DNA from: a virus
Length of the DNA: 64,000 nt
Virus record (IMG/VR): IMGVR_UViG_3300021962_000032
Strand: one strand, 5' to 3'
Below are positions 47,222 through 56,898 of this stretch, one piece after another; within the stretch, counting starts at the first letter, position 1; each line of letters starts with the position of its first letter. The notes below the pieces were generated by a model. The model did no database searches, was not told the DNA's origin, and saw only the letters and a program-made list of their open reading frames with translations. The translations under genes were made by a program, and so were the position numbers.

Positions 47222-47659
47222 TTATAGGTAATCTTTTCGTTTATGAGATTCTGGGACAATTTTACCAAGAACAACACTCAACAATCCATCCTCAAATTCA
47301 ACTGATCTAACTTCTGTGTCATCTGCGAGAGTCCAAGATCTGGTGAAGGATCGTTGCGCCAATCCTTTGTGTACGTAGGTGGACTCCGTTTCCTTGTCTT
47401 CTTTTTGCCCTTCCACAAAGAGTTTTCCGTCTTGCGTGTAGACAAAAACTTCCTTTTTCTTAAATCCTGCGAGTGCGATTTCCAAACGTGATTCGACATT
47501 GCTTAACGTAACTAAGTTATATGGGGGATAATTTGAAGTTGTTTCGTGAAGATTCCAGAATCTATCAAAAAAGTAATCATCAAAACCAATACCATATCGA
47601 TGAATCCTATCCATAAGGGTAGGAAGATCCGACGTAGTTAATCGTGCGAGATTAGTCAT
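47222..47659 (-). CDS. hsp20: Small heat-shock protein Hsp20 (IbpA-like)
   Basis: NYPPYN, EIALAGF, HKGLAQRSF and FEDGLL motifs; start set at MTNL after AGGAG. Confidence 0.95.
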   Translation of the reverse strand: MTNLARLTTSDLPTLMDRIHRYGIGFDDYFFDRFWNLHETTSNYPPYNLVTLSNVESRLEIALAGFKKKEVFVYTQDGKLFVEGQKEDKETESTYVHKGLAQRSFTRSWTLADDTEVRSVEFEDGLLSVVLGKIVPESHKRKDYL

Positions 47660-47750
47660 TATAGTAGCTCCTTTTAAAGCGAGTTTGTATTTTGTGGACC
47701 CCGAAGGCATCCTTTAGCGAATGGGGGGGTAGATCTACCTCTCACCCATC
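47660..47750 (-). promoter_or_regulatory. ROSE-like RNA thermometer in the hsp20 leader
   Basis: CUC-G-CU pairs with the AGGAG SD (CTCGCTTTAAAAGGAG), preceded by two hairpins. Confidence 0.6.
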
Positions 47751-47772
47751 ATTATTATATATCACAAAGCAT

Positions 47773-47797
47773 AAAAAAAGGGAGTGTGGAACTCCCT
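47773..47797 (-). terminator. Intrinsic terminator after regA
   Basis: AGGGAGT-tccac-ACTCCCT followed by a U-tract. Confidence 0.8.
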
Positions 47798-47803
47798 ACA
47801 AAA

Positions 47804-48241
47804 TCATTCGGGTACTACCCTTTTTTTAACACCGATATTATATTTTTGCTCAAGAATCCAATCATTCTTTTCTTTATAAGCAATAACTTTGATTTGATTC
47901 AAAGGTGCAATGTCCATTACTTTATCTTCGTTTACGACTTCAATTAATCCCCAATCGGAAAGGAGTCGAATAATTCTGTTTCTGCGTTGAACATCATTCA
48001 CAGTAAGATTTGCATGTTTGCCATCAAGAGCAAACAGTTCTTTGAAGTGAGTGATGTAATATCTTCCCTGCTTGTGAAGAATATGAGCACTTTGGTATAG
48101 CTTTTTTTCCTTTCTGGATGCTACACCAATTCTCGTAAGTGTTTCCCTTACTTTCAAGAAATCGTCTGGTTCCCTAAGGGTAACTTCCACCATCATATCG
48201 GGAGACCAATTTACTTGAGGTTCAATAGTTTGTGTTGTCAT
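47804..48241 (-). CDS. regA: Translational repressor RegA
   Basis: DDFLKVRETLTRIGVAS and LYQSAHILHKQGRYYITHFKEL motifs. Confidence 0.96.
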   Translation of the reverse strand: MTTQTIEPQVNWSPDMMVEVTLREPDDFLKVRETLTRIGVASRKEKKLYQSAHILHKQGRYYITHFKELFALDGKHANLTVNDVQRRNRIIRLLSDWGLIEVVNEDKVMDIAPLNQIKVIAYKEKNDWILEQKYNIGVKKRVVPE

Positions 48242-48621
48242 TTTGTTCCACCAGTATCAAGTCGTTGTTTAATCCAATTAATTTGATCATTTCTAAGGAT
48301 CTTCAAAGCCTGGGATGCCTTTTCATTACTATAACCATAGTATTGCTTAACACATTCCAAATCCTTTACACTATCCTTACGGAGCCAGGGAGAAAATCTC
48401 TTCTTTTTCCTCAAAGTATTTAGCAGAAAAGAATATTGCATATCTTTGTCTAAGTCAGAATACTTATTCATTTCATTGACAAAAAGAACGCAGTCTATGT
48501 GTCCAGAAAGACATCGATTAATAATATATGGATTATATTCTTTTTTAAGAGATGGATCTTCCTCCATCAAATTCTTTTTTGAAGAATTAATTGAATTTAA
48601 CCAATCCTTAAGTTCAATCAT
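48238..48621 (-). CDS. 62: Clamp loader small subunit (gp62)
   Basis: YNPYIINRCLS, RKKKRFSPW and YYGYSNEKA motifs. Confidence 0.93.
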   Translation of the reverse strand: MIELKDWLNSINSSKKNLMEEDPSLKKEYNPYIINRCLSGHIDCVLFVNEMNKYSDLDKDMQYSFLLNTLRKKKRFSPWLRKDSVKDLECVKQYYGYSNEKASQALKILRNDQINWIKQRLDTGGTK

Positions 48622-49498
48622 AAAGTAATTTTTCTAATGGATTCTTTTCTTCTATAGTGTAATTAGTTACAAGTAATTCAGTTTTTAAATTATCATCTGT
48701 ACCCTTTTCACCTCTATGTGCCATAGAGTAACGAAGCTTCCATTCCTTGCAATTATAATCTTTATAGAGATCCAACAATCTATCATTAAGATTGTACGTG
48801 ATCATAAACTTATGGGGACAATCATAAACATCTTCAGCAAATTTGATGTGATCAAATCCTTTATGCATTTCTCTATTTTTGCCATAGAGAAAATCTTTGA
48901 TGTCATATGGAGGATCTAAGAAAACAAATACGTTTTCTCCATCGGCATTCATAACTTCGGAATAATCAATATTTGTGATCTTCCAATTTTTAATCAGACG
49001 AGAAAACTTTTTAATTTTTTCGGCACCCATTAAAGAGAAATTAGCATTTGCTGCAGTGACTGAGAATGTACTGTTTTCAGTAAGACCAGAAAAGCTGCAT
49101 TTGTTCATAATAAAAAATGCAACTGCCTTCTCAAGATTATCATAGGTATCAATTTCAATTTGATACCTATCAAATAATTCTTTGGCAAACTTATCCATTT
49201 CGTCTTGGGTTTCTTTGTCAAGCATATTTTGCTTTTCTTCTTTTACCCGTTCAGAAAGTTCTTCTCCATGATCACGAAGTTGAATCCAAAAATTGTAGAG
49301 AGGAACGTAGAGATCATTAATCCAAATAGGAACTCCTCGATATGCTTGTGCGGTATAAATTGCCATTGATCCACCACCAATGAATGGTTCGCGATATTCC
49401 TTAAATGAAATAGGATACCATTCAGAAAGTGTTTTTATGGCTTTTGATTTACCACCAGGATACCTTAAGGGAGTTTTTAATGGATAACGTGACGACAT
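48614..49498 (-). CDS. dam: DNA adenine methyltransferase (Dam/D12 class)
   Basis: RYPGGKS, EPFIGGGS and FLDPPY motifs. Confidence 0.9.
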   Translation of the reverse strand: MSSRYPLKTPLRYPGGKSKAIKTLSEWYPISFKEYREPFIGGGSMAIYTAQAYRGVPIWINDLYVPLYNFWIQLRDHGEELSERVKEEKQNMLDKETQDEMDKFAKELFDRYQIEIDTYDNLEKAVAFFIMNKCSFSGLTENSTFSVTAANANFSLMGAEKIKKFSRLIKNWKITNIDYSEVMNADGENVFVFLDPPYDIKDFLYGKNREMHKGFDHIKFAEDVYDCPHKFMITYNLNDRLLDLYKDYNCKEWKLRYSMAHRGEKGTDDNLKTELLVTNYTIEEKNPLEKLLYD

Positions 49499-49499
49499 A

Positions 49500-49793
49500 T
49501 CAAACGATTAATTTTTTATTAGGAGTCATGAGTTTACTGCCAAACATTTGATTATATTGTTCAACGATACCTTCGTCTGGATCAGCAACGTAAATAATAA
49601 ACTTTAAAGATACTTCAATTTCTTGATTTTCTTTACTCAAAAGTGGAGACCAAGGAGCAAATCCGATCTTTCCCATTTCAGATGGAAAAGCAACAATAGG
49701 ATTCTTGAATTTTAAGTAAGTATCTGTTTCTTCTACAATATTGGTGATTACATCTTCACCAGTGGAAAGACGAACCAATTTTACATTTAACAT
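49500..49793 (-). CDS. Conserved hypothetical protein (Sm-like fold candidate)
   Basis: VKLVRLSTGEDVI, GFAPWSP and QYNQMFGS motifs. Confidence 0.75.
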   Translation of the reverse strand: MLNVKLVRLSTGEDVITNIVEETDTYLKFKNPIVAFPSEMGKIGFAPWSPLLSKENQEIEVSLKFIIYVADPDEGIVEQYNQMFGSKLMTPNKKLIV

Positions 49794-49802
49794 TTTAAAA
49801 CC

Positions 49803-50750
49803 TCATTTGAACTCACATTCTACCATGATTTCAGTCAATGCTGCAAGAAGATTAATTTCTTGGTCAGCAACAAAAGCAGATTGATATTGATATTTTGCAA
49901 TGATCAAAATTGCTGCTGGGACTGTATTTGGAGTTAGATATTGATAGCAGGCATCATAAATCTTACGAAGAATAATTCCCGAATCATTATCAAGATTAGA
50001 AACTACCCATTTACGAACATCATTAAACTTCTTCTCTTTAAGATTTTTAACCAGTTCATCTACAGCAACGTCAGAGAACATTGCAAGGATTCCCGTGTCA
50101 ATTTTACCACTGACAGAATACCTTTGGCATTCATTCAGAATCCTTCTCCAATCTGGGAAGTGACTATTTATGACTTGAATTAAAACTCTATCATCATATT
50201 CAATCAAGTTTTGATCCAGGATTGCTTTTAATCGTTCCATAAACTGAACTGCAAGTTTTGCCTTTTCCTTACCTTTGATGGAAAAGTCAATAACTGCACA
50301 TCGACTATGAAGTGGTTCAAGAATCTTATTCTTGTAGTTGCAAGTGAAGATGAACCTACAGTTATTACTAAACTGCTCGATGTTTGCCCTCAAAAGAAGT
50401 TGAACATCGTTTCCAGTATTATCAGCCTCATCAATAATAATAACTTTGTGCTTAGCATCTGATGTCATTGAAACTGTAGAAGCAAAATTCTTTGCCTGAT
50501 TCCTTACAGTATCAAGAAATCTTCCTTCATCAGATCCATTGATGTAATAGTAATCAACTCCCAGTTCTTCACACAATGCCTTTGCTACTGTGGTTTTACC
50601 TACACCAGGAGGTCCAGAGAGAAGCAAGTGAGGAATTTCACCCTTCTCTACGAATTGTTTGAATGATTCTTTTGTCTTTTCGGGAAGAATACATTCATCA
50701 ATAGTTTTGGGTCGATATTGCTCAACCCAAAGAAAATCAGTTTTGTTCAT
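49803..50750 (-). CDS. 44: Clamp loader large subunit (gp44)
   Basis: WVEQYRP, GPPGVGKTT, IIDEAD and PLHSRC motifs. Confidence 0.96.
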   Translation of the reverse strand: MNKTDFLWVEQYRPKTIDECILPEKTKESFKQFVEKGEIPHLLLSGPPGVGKTTVAKALCEELGVDYYYINGSDEGRFLDTVRNQAKNFASTVSMTSDAKHKVIIIDEADNTGNDVQLLLRANIEQFSNNCRFIFTCNYKNKILEPLHSRCAVIDFSIKGKEKAKLAVQFMERLKAILDQNLIEYDDRVLIQVINSHFPDWRRILNECQRYSVSGKIDTGILAMFSDVAVDELVKNLKEKKFNDVRKWVVSNLDNDSGIILRKIYDACYQYLTPNTVPAAILIIAKYQYQSAFVADQEINLLAALTEIMVECEFK

Positions 50751-50753
50751 AAT

Positions 50754-51266
50754 TTAGATCCATTCAGGTTTTCGTTGCGGCATACGAAGATAATTAGATG
50801 CAACCCAAGGTTTGGATGCGATATACATCTTGTAAGCAGTAAAAGTGTCAATGCTTGTATCAAATTTATACTCATCTGGCATAGCACGGGTAAATTCGGT
50901 TACTTCAGTGATCTTCCCCTTAGGAAACAGATAATAAGCATCCACAAGTGTCTTGTAGCAAGAATGAGTTTTTCCATAACGGAGTGCATATTCATCACAG
51001 AGATTCATTCCATGCTTGATCAACCAATAGGCATTATGAATACTTTCAAGTGCCCATTTCGTACATGGATGATTACGGAAAGCACCCTTCTCAGTTTTGT
51101 AGGGTGTATCATCAGATTTATAGAGATTGCCGTATCCATGCCCCCATTTGTCAGACGCAACAATGGAAAGCATTTGACAGCACTCCAGAGGCATCTTAAC
51201 GATATGCTTATCGGGCAGACAGATGGCAGATTCTGCTGGCCAAGGAGAAGTCACAAAGATGTTCAT
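50754..51266 (-). CDS. Pyrimidine-dimer DNA glycosylase-family protein
   Basis: MNIF...DKHIVKMPLECCQMLS, NHPCTKW and EY..RYGK.H motifs. Confidence 0.7.
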   Translation of the reverse strand: MNIFVTSPWPAESAICLPDKHIVKMPLECCQMLSIVASDKWGHGYGNLYKSDDTPYKTEKGAFRNHPCTKWALESIHNAYWLIKHGMNLCDEYALRYGKTHSCYKTLVDAYYLFPKGKITEVTEFTRAMPDEYKFDTSIDTFTAYKMYIASKPWVASNYLRMPQRKPEWI

Positions 51267-51481
51267 AATGAAAGTTCAATGATTTTAGAGGCATCGATGA
51301 CTGAGAAGAATGCTTCCAGACCAACTACGTCCCATGCCCGTATCTTAACAGCAAATGGGATCATTGCCAAGTTCCCGATCAGTCGTGCAATGCATCCAAT
51401 CTTAACGTCAACATAAAGAATAAGGAAGTATCCCACTATAAGCAGGACACTTCCCAAAATTCTAAGAACAGTAGATGTCAT
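51263..51481 (-). CDS. Small multi-pass membrane protein
   Basis: 72 aa with hydrophobic helices and ATGA overlaps. Confidence 0.7.
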   Translation of the reverse strand: MTSTVLRILGSVLLIVGYFLILYVDVKIGCIARLIGNLAMIPFAVKIRAWDVVGLEAFFSVIDASKIIELSL

Positions 51482-52146
51482 TCAAATTCGCAATCTGGTT
51501 CCAAAGCAATATAATACATAAGATTCATATCTTTACTCTTAAAGCTTGAAATCAGTTTTTTGCCGATAACTACTTCATAAGAACCGGGAAGAATTTTAAT
51601 ATTCTCAACTTTAAAATTCAAAACAAATTTAGAGTCAGTTTCTCCAACAATGATTGAATATTCATTTGAAGTATCATTCTTTTTGTCACGGACAACAAGT
51701 TTTACAACACCAGAATCACCAACTACAGATAAATCTGGAACACTGTAAACATTAGATGCTTTCAGAAGTTTATCAAGTTGATCAGTTTCAAGATTGAAAG
51801 AAACAATTTCATCTTCAACAGAAACTTTTTTATCTGGATTTGGAGTGACAATTACATTTTCATCCGCAAAGAAAAATTTGGTTCTAGATTTTCCTTCACG
51901 AATTACCACATAACCATCATTTTCAAAATCAAACTCTGGATTCTTATAAAGGCTTATGCCAGAAAGAAATTGAGAAAGTTCATAGATTCCAAAGTTCTTT
52001 GGAATATCTTCTTCAATAACTGCTTCTGCAAGAATATTTTTCATTACGGAAACTGTACGAAGAGTATTTCCCTTTCTAAAAAGAATCGATTGATTGATAG
52101 TAGAAAAGTTTTTGAGCAGATTGTTAGTTTTTTCAGAAAGTTTCAT
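51478..52146 (-). CDS. 45: Sliding clamp (gp45)
   Basis: MKLS..T..LLKNFSTINQSI, FGIYELSQFL and YYIALEPD motifs. Confidence 0.95.
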   Translation of the reverse strand: MKLSEKTNNLLKNFSTINQSILFRKGNTLRTVSVMKNILAEAVIEEDIPKNFGIYELSQFLSGISLYKNPEFDFENDGYVVIREGKSRTKFFFADENVIVTPNPDKKVSVEDEIVSFNLETDQLDKLLKASNVYSVPDLSVVGDSGVVKLVVRDKKNDTSNEYSIIVGETDSKFVLNFKVENIKILPGSYEVVIGKKLISSFKSKDMNLMYYIALEPDCEFE

Positions 52147-52813
52147 AACGGTCAGTAGTATTTTTGTGGAATCCTGCGAAGTGGTACAGAAGAATACCAT
52201 AATGGATAATCTTCAATGCGTCAAGCTTTGAAAAACCATTCTTTTTTCCAAACCTTGCGGAGTATTTGATAAGGTTGTCTCGACAAAAAGGAACCCCATC
52301 CCCAATTGCTTCAATGATGTCAAGAACTTGTACCTTTGATTCTTCGGAAGTATAGTGTTGATGATAAGTACTTGAAATATAATCTTCAGCTGCTTTTAAG
52401 GTCTTATCTTCATTAAATTTCCAAAATCCATTTTTATTATCACCACCATTCATAACATTATTATCAATTGCTTTGGGAGTTTCTGGTTTTTCATTTTTAT
52501 ATTTTTTGGGATCAAATTCATCCACTTTCATTTCCGTAGAGGGATAATTTTGATTGGCATATTCATTAAAATTCATTGATGCCGTTTGTTGACTTTTTGC
52601 TTTTTTAATTAGTTCTTGTACCTGAGCTAAAGATTGTTTTTGCTCTTCTGGGATTTGCATATAACAATCGGAACAGGAACTTTCGTCTTCCATATTTTGT
52701 TCCAAAAGTTTTCTCAAATCTTCTGGAAGTTGTATTGGAGATTGATCTCTTGTGGGCATTCCACTCATAAACATATTAATCCCTGGATAGGGCATTCCTT
52801 CATTTTGGTTCAT
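52133..52813 (-). CDS. Hypothetical protein with DUF3310-like C-terminal domain
   Basis: YISSTYHQHY, FCRDNLIKYSARFGKK and LKIIHY motifs. Confidence 0.75.
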   Translation of the reverse strand: MNQNEGMPYPGINMFMSGMPTRDQSPIQLPEDLRKLLEQNMEDESSCSDCYMQIPEEQKQSLAQVQELIKKAKSQQTASMNFNEYANQNYPSTEMKVDEFDPKKYKNEKPETPKAIDNNVMNGGDNKNGFWKFNEDKTLKAAEDYISSTYHQHYTSEESKVQVLDIIEAIGDGVPFCRDNLIKYSARFGKKNGFSKLDALKIIHYGILLYHFAGFHKNTTDRYETF

Positions 52814-52846
52814 AAAATTTCAATAGAATAATTTCCATCTTAATTC

Positions 52847-52875
52847 ATTGTATCAAAGTTATTCGATTTAGTCAA
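52847..52875 (-). promoter_or_regulatory. Sigma70-type promoter
   Basis: TTGACT-N17-TACAAT. Confidence 0.65.
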
Positions 52876-52881
52876 ATCGAC

Positions 52882-54591
52882 TTATGCAATTTGACTAAAC
52901 CCCTTGCACTTTTCAAATTTTACAACGTTTTCAAATCTATCTTCCATACCAACTTTATGGGAGATTATAAAAATATTTGAATCCTTAACAACATATCTAA
53001 TGATTTTGATGAATTCTTCCGTTCCATTTCCATCAAGAGAACTATCAAATACTTCATCCATAATCAAAAGATTTGTATTTGTTGAGTTTTTAAGTTTGGC
53101 AACTTCTCTCCAAGTGAAAAGAAGTGCCAAATCGATTCGTTGTCTTTCACCCTCACTAAAAGATCCATAAGTAAAATCTTCATGAATAGGAGATTGAACT
53201 GTTTCGTTGAACTCTTCGTCCAGAGAAAAATTAATATAAAAATCCATCATTTGCAAATATCTGTTTACTTGCTGATTAATTAGTGGGAGATATTTTTTAA
53301 TGATGGTAGTTTTTACACCAGAATCTTTTAAAAGACCGTAACAGAAATCGTAGTATGAAATTGTTTCTTTCTTTTCGGATAATTCCTCAAAGATGCTATT
53401 CAGTTTTTGTTTGAATTGAGCTAACTTCTCATGTTCAATATTCTCGTTTTCCAGGTTATTGGTAATTCTTTGAATTTCCTTTTCAAGATCTCCGATTCGT
53501 TTTTGGAATCCAGAGATTCTAAGATTATTTTGAGAAATTTCATGCGTTAGGTTAGTGACTTCTTTTGAAATTTTAAGAAAATGACTTTCTCTAATTTCTT
53601 CATCACGAATTGTCTGCTCAAGTTCTTTATAACCAGATTGCAGTTCTTTTGCCTTGTTTATGGCATCACTAATTCTATTTAATCTAAAAGATTCTTCTAT
53701 ATTTTGTGTGCAGGTAGGGCATACCGAATTATTACGGAAAAACTCATGCTCTTCAGTAATCGTTGCTACTTTTTGTGAGAGTTTACCTTTAATTGAAGCA
53801 AGTTTTTTTAACTTATCTTTAGAGCTGGATAAATCTTCCAGTTCTTTTGTATATGAAAATATTTCTTCTTCGTACTTATTATTATATCCAAAGCAAACTT
53901 CCACTTGACTATTAATCAAATTTATTTCTTTTTTGTTTTCTTTTATTTTAGTTTCGCCTTCATTTTGAATTTTTTGGATAAAATCTTCTTGCATTGAAAT
54001 TTTATCCTTCAAAGAATCTTTCGATAAGTCCAAAGTTTTAACTTGATCTTTAAGTTCTTTGATTTTATCTTTAACCAAAGAATTCATAGACGAAAATATT
54101 TTTATATCCAAAAGATCTTCAATAACTTCTCGTCTATTTGATGCACTTAATTGCATAAACGGAACAAAATTACTACTTCCAATAATTACAACTTGTGTAA
54201 AGGATTTGTAGTTCATTTTAAGAACGGATTGTTCAAACCATTTTTGTTGGTCCGTTACAGAGGATTGTTGATCTATTGCCTTTCCATTTCGTTCGATCAC
54301 AAAAATAGATGGTTTAATCCCACGAATTACTTTCCAAGAAACTGTTCCTATTTTAAATTCTATTTCTATAACACAATCTTTATCATTTGCAGAATTGATT
54401 AGTTGAGATTTATTAATTCCACGAAATGATTTTCCAAACAATCCGAAAGTAATCGCATCAAGAATTGTACTTTTTCCAGCACCATTTTGACCTATTATGA
54501 GGGTTGTTTTATTTTTTTCTAAATCAATTTCTATGAAATGATTTCCCGTACTTAAAAAGTTTTTCCAACGAATTTTTTCAAATAATATCAT
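52882..54591 (-). CDS. 46: Recombination endonuclease ATPase subunit (gp46, SbcC/Rad50-like)
   Basis: GQNGAGKS, CPTC hook, FSEGE, MDEVFDSSLD and ISH motifs. Confidence 0.96.
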   Translation of the reverse strand: MILFEKIRWKNFLSTGNHFIEIDLEKNKTTLIIGQNGAGKSTILDAITFGLFGKSFRGINKSQLINSANDKDCVIEIEFKIGTVSWKVIRGIKPSIFVIERNGKAIDQQSSVTDQQKWFEQSVLKMNYKSFTQVVIIGSSNFVPFMQLSASNRREVIEDLLDIKIFSSMNSLVKDKIKELKDQVKTLDLSKDSLKDKISMQEDFIQKIQNEGETKIKENKKEINLINSQVEVCFGYNNKYEEEIFSYTKELEDLSSSKDKLKKLASIKGKLSQKVATITEEHEFFRNNSVCPTCTQNIEESFRLNRISDAINKAKELQSGYKELEQTIRDEEIRESHFLKISKEVTNLTHEISQNNLRISGFQKRIGDLEKEIQRITNNLENENIEHEKLAQFKQKLNSIFEELSEKKETISYYDFCYGLLKDSGVKTTIIKKYLPLINQQVNRYLQMMDFYINFSLDEEFNETVQSPIHEDFTYGSFSEGERQRIDLALLFTWREVAKLKNSTNTNLLIMDEVFDSSLDGNGTEEFIKIIRYVVKDSNIFIISHKVGMEDRFENVVKFEKCKGFSQIA

Positions 54592-54850
54592 TTTCTTCAG
54601 GCGGAATCACAAAATCAAAAGAAGTAAACACTGAATATTCATAACCATTTTCTTTACATGCGTGTAAAATATCTTCATCATCTATTTCAACGACTCTCAT
54701 GGGAGGATATCCTCTATCAATTTCAAGCATCATAGCAAATCGTGTTGCATCATCTTCTTCTTCAAACATATAAAGTATCTGATCTCCATATTCATTTGTT
54801 ACACAATAAGCACCAGATTCTTCTCTATCTTTAATGGCGATGATAAACAT
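54578..54850 (-). CDS. Conserved cyanophage protein (DUF3110-like)
   Basis: LYMFEEEDDATRFAMML and DFVIPP motifs. Confidence 0.75.
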   Translation of the reverse strand: MFIIAIKDREESGAYCVTNEYGDQILYMFEEEDDATRFAMMLEIDRGYPPMRVVEIDDEDILHACKENGYEYSVFTSFDFVIPPEENDII

Positions 54851-54851
54851 T

Positions 54852-55892
54852 TTACACCATTTCGCAAGATTCTTTGTAAAGATCCCTCATAATATTTTTA
54901 ATTTTTGTTTTATCCATAGTAATTTCTGAATCTTCAATATATCTATCCAATATAGAAACAGTATCTTCGGATTCAATTTCTTCAATTTCTTCTGAGAGAG
55001 TAATATCAAAATTTTCTACTATTTTAACTTCAGATACATTTGAACTGTAAAGTTTGTCTAAAAATTTTTCAAATTCAAATTGATTAGATTTAGTTTTAAC
55101 AACTACCTTGACAATTTTATTCTCATACTTAGAAAAATTAAATTTTTTAATCGAAGTATCATCATAATTAATAACTTCAAATATATTATATGGATTATCT
55201 ACATGAAAATGTTCAAGAGTTTCAGTATCTAAAATAGTAAATCCTCTCGTATCATTTACATCTGTCCAATATATTTCATAGGGATTTCCCAAGTAATAAA
55301 TTTTTCCGTCAGTTGATCTGGTGTGATAATGACCAGAGTAAACACGCTTAAATTTATCAAATGGTTTAGTTTCCAAACCATGCTCCATAATGATTTGTCG
55401 ATTAACTCGGAATCCTGCAAACTCAAGGTGCCCCATTGCACACTCACAAGTGCTCTTTTTAATTTCACTAAAAGTATTTTTTTGATTTTCCTCATTAATC
55501 CAAGGCAATAACAATACTTTAAGATCTCCAAGTTTAATTTCAGTTGGATCAGAATAAACTTTTACATTTGAATATTCTCTCAAAAGAAGATCAACTGCAT
55601 TTACTTGATTGGTATTTTTATAATAAGCAGTATGATTTCCAACAATAGTATGGACTTGTACTCCCATTTCTTGAAGTCGATCATAATAGTGATTTTTTGC
55701 CCAAGAAAGAGCTGAAAAATCAATACCTTTACGACTATCAAAAGTATCTCCCATGTCAACGACAGTGGTTATACTTTCTTTTTCTATGGTAGGAAAAAAA
55801 ATATTATTGTAAAAATTTAAAAAATGATCATGAAACAATTTGGAATTTTTTCTTGCTCCAAAGTGTTGGTCAGTAATAATTGCTATTTTCAT
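54852..55892 (-). CDS. 47: Recombination endonuclease nuclease subunit (gp47, SbcD/Mre11-like)
   Basis: TDQHFG, GDTFD, VGNH, GHLE and SGHYH motifs. Confidence 0.96.
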   Translation of the reverse strand: MKIAIITDQHFGARKNSKLFHDHFLNFYNNIFFPTIEKESITTVVDMGDTFDSRKGIDFSALSWAKNHYYDRLQEMGVQVHTIVGNHTAYYKNTNQVNAVDLLLREYSNVKVYSDPTEIKLGDLKVLLLPWINEENQKNTFSEIKKSTCECAMGHLEFAGFRVNRQIIMEHGLETKPFDKFKRVYSGHYHTRSTDGKIYYLGNPYEIYWTDVNDTRGFTILDTETLEHFHVDNPYNIFEVINYDDTSIKKFNFSKYENKIVKVVVKTKSNQFEFEKFLDKLYSSNVSEVKIVENFDITLSEEIEEIESEDTVSILDRYIEDSEITMDKTKIKNIMRDLYKESCEMV

Positions 55893-56390
55893 TCAACCAC
55901 GAAGTTTAGAGTGAACGGAATCCTTGATCGAATTATAATCACTATAATTCATTCCGTCAATACCGGAATCATCATGAAAAACTTCATCATAACCAGTGCG
56001 CTCAAGAATTTTATTTTTAATCTCTAGTTGACGTTTTTCTCTTTGTATTCTTCTCAAAAATGCGTAGTGAATAATTTGAGTAAAATATGCAAATGGGTTG
56101 GTAGATTTTTCTGGATTGAAATTATGAATATATTGAATGCAATTTTCAATACCATCAGAAATCATATCATCCTTAAAAATATAATTTACGAAATTTGGTT
56201 TAAAAGACAAGTGTGTTGCTATTTTTAAAAAGCATTCCCCAATATAATTATTAATTCTTGGTTTTGGATCACCTCTTTCTTCAGATTCCTTTAATTGCTT
56301 TTTATATTCTATCAAAGCTTCTAAAAAATCTTTATTATTGACATAATGAACTGATCTCTTTCTTTTTGTCATGGTTGCAGTATTAAACAT
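55893..56390 (-). CDS. 55: Late-transcription sigma factor (gp55)
   Basis: HYVNNKDF, DMISDGIENC and NPFAYFTQI motifs. Confidence 0.96.
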   Translation of the reverse strand: MFNTATMTKRKRSVHYVNNKDFLEALIEYKKQLKESEERGDPKPRINNYIGECFLKIATHLSFKPNFVNYIFKDDMISDGIENCIQYIHNFNPEKSTNPFAYFTQIIHYAFLRRIQREKRQLEIKNKILERTGYDEVFHDDSGIDGMNYSDYNSIKDSVHSKLRG

Positions 56391-56416
56391 AATTTATTTT
56401 AATGTATTATGTAGAC

Positions 56417-56445
56417 ATTATAACATTTTCATTGATATTAAACAA
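56417..56445 (-). promoter_or_regulatory. Sigma70-type promoter for g55
   Basis: TTGTTT-N17-TATAAT. Confidence 0.6.
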
Positions 56446-56449
56446 CCTA

Positions 56450-56479
56450 TTGACAGACCAGTTAGATTGTGATTATAAT
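56450..56479 (+). promoter_or_regulatory. Divergent antisense-facing sigma70-type promoter
   Basis: TTGACA-N18-TATAAT on the plus strand. Confidence 0.55.
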
Positions 56480-56508
56480 AGGTTTGTTAACCGTAAAGAT
56501 AATTTATA

Positions 56509-56898
56509 CTAAGATTTATTGAATATCTTTTCAAGTAGTATTTTAGCATCGTTTATATTTGTTATGTATCCCATTTCTCTAGTTACATCATTTCTATTTG
56601 ATTTTGAATTATTAAATTTTCTAACAAAAGATTGATGTATTTTAATCATTTCAATATCATCGGTCTCAGATATTGTAATAATTTTTTCCATGTTTAAAAT
56701 AAACATGTCTTCTTTTGTTGTTTTTATCCATGGTTCTATTTTATATCCATTTGATCCATTTCTGGATTTCATTTCAGTTATAGTAATTGGATTTGTAACT
56801 AATAAATTTATTCCAGTTTTTTCTTCACAAGGAACAACTCTGGCAAATATTTCCTCACCACTAATTAATTTTATAGACGCATAAAAATCATCTTCCAT
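56509..56898 (-). CDS. Conserved hypothetical protein between uvsW and g55
   Basis: FYASIKLISGEEIFA, KIEPW and MGYI motifs. Confidence 0.8.
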   Translation of the reverse strand: MEDDFYASIKLISGEEIFARVVPCEEKTGINLLVTNPITITEMKSRNGSNGYKIEPWIKTTKEDMFILNMEKIITISETDDIEMIKIHQSFVRKFNNSKSNRNDVTREMGYITNINDAKILLEKIFNKS

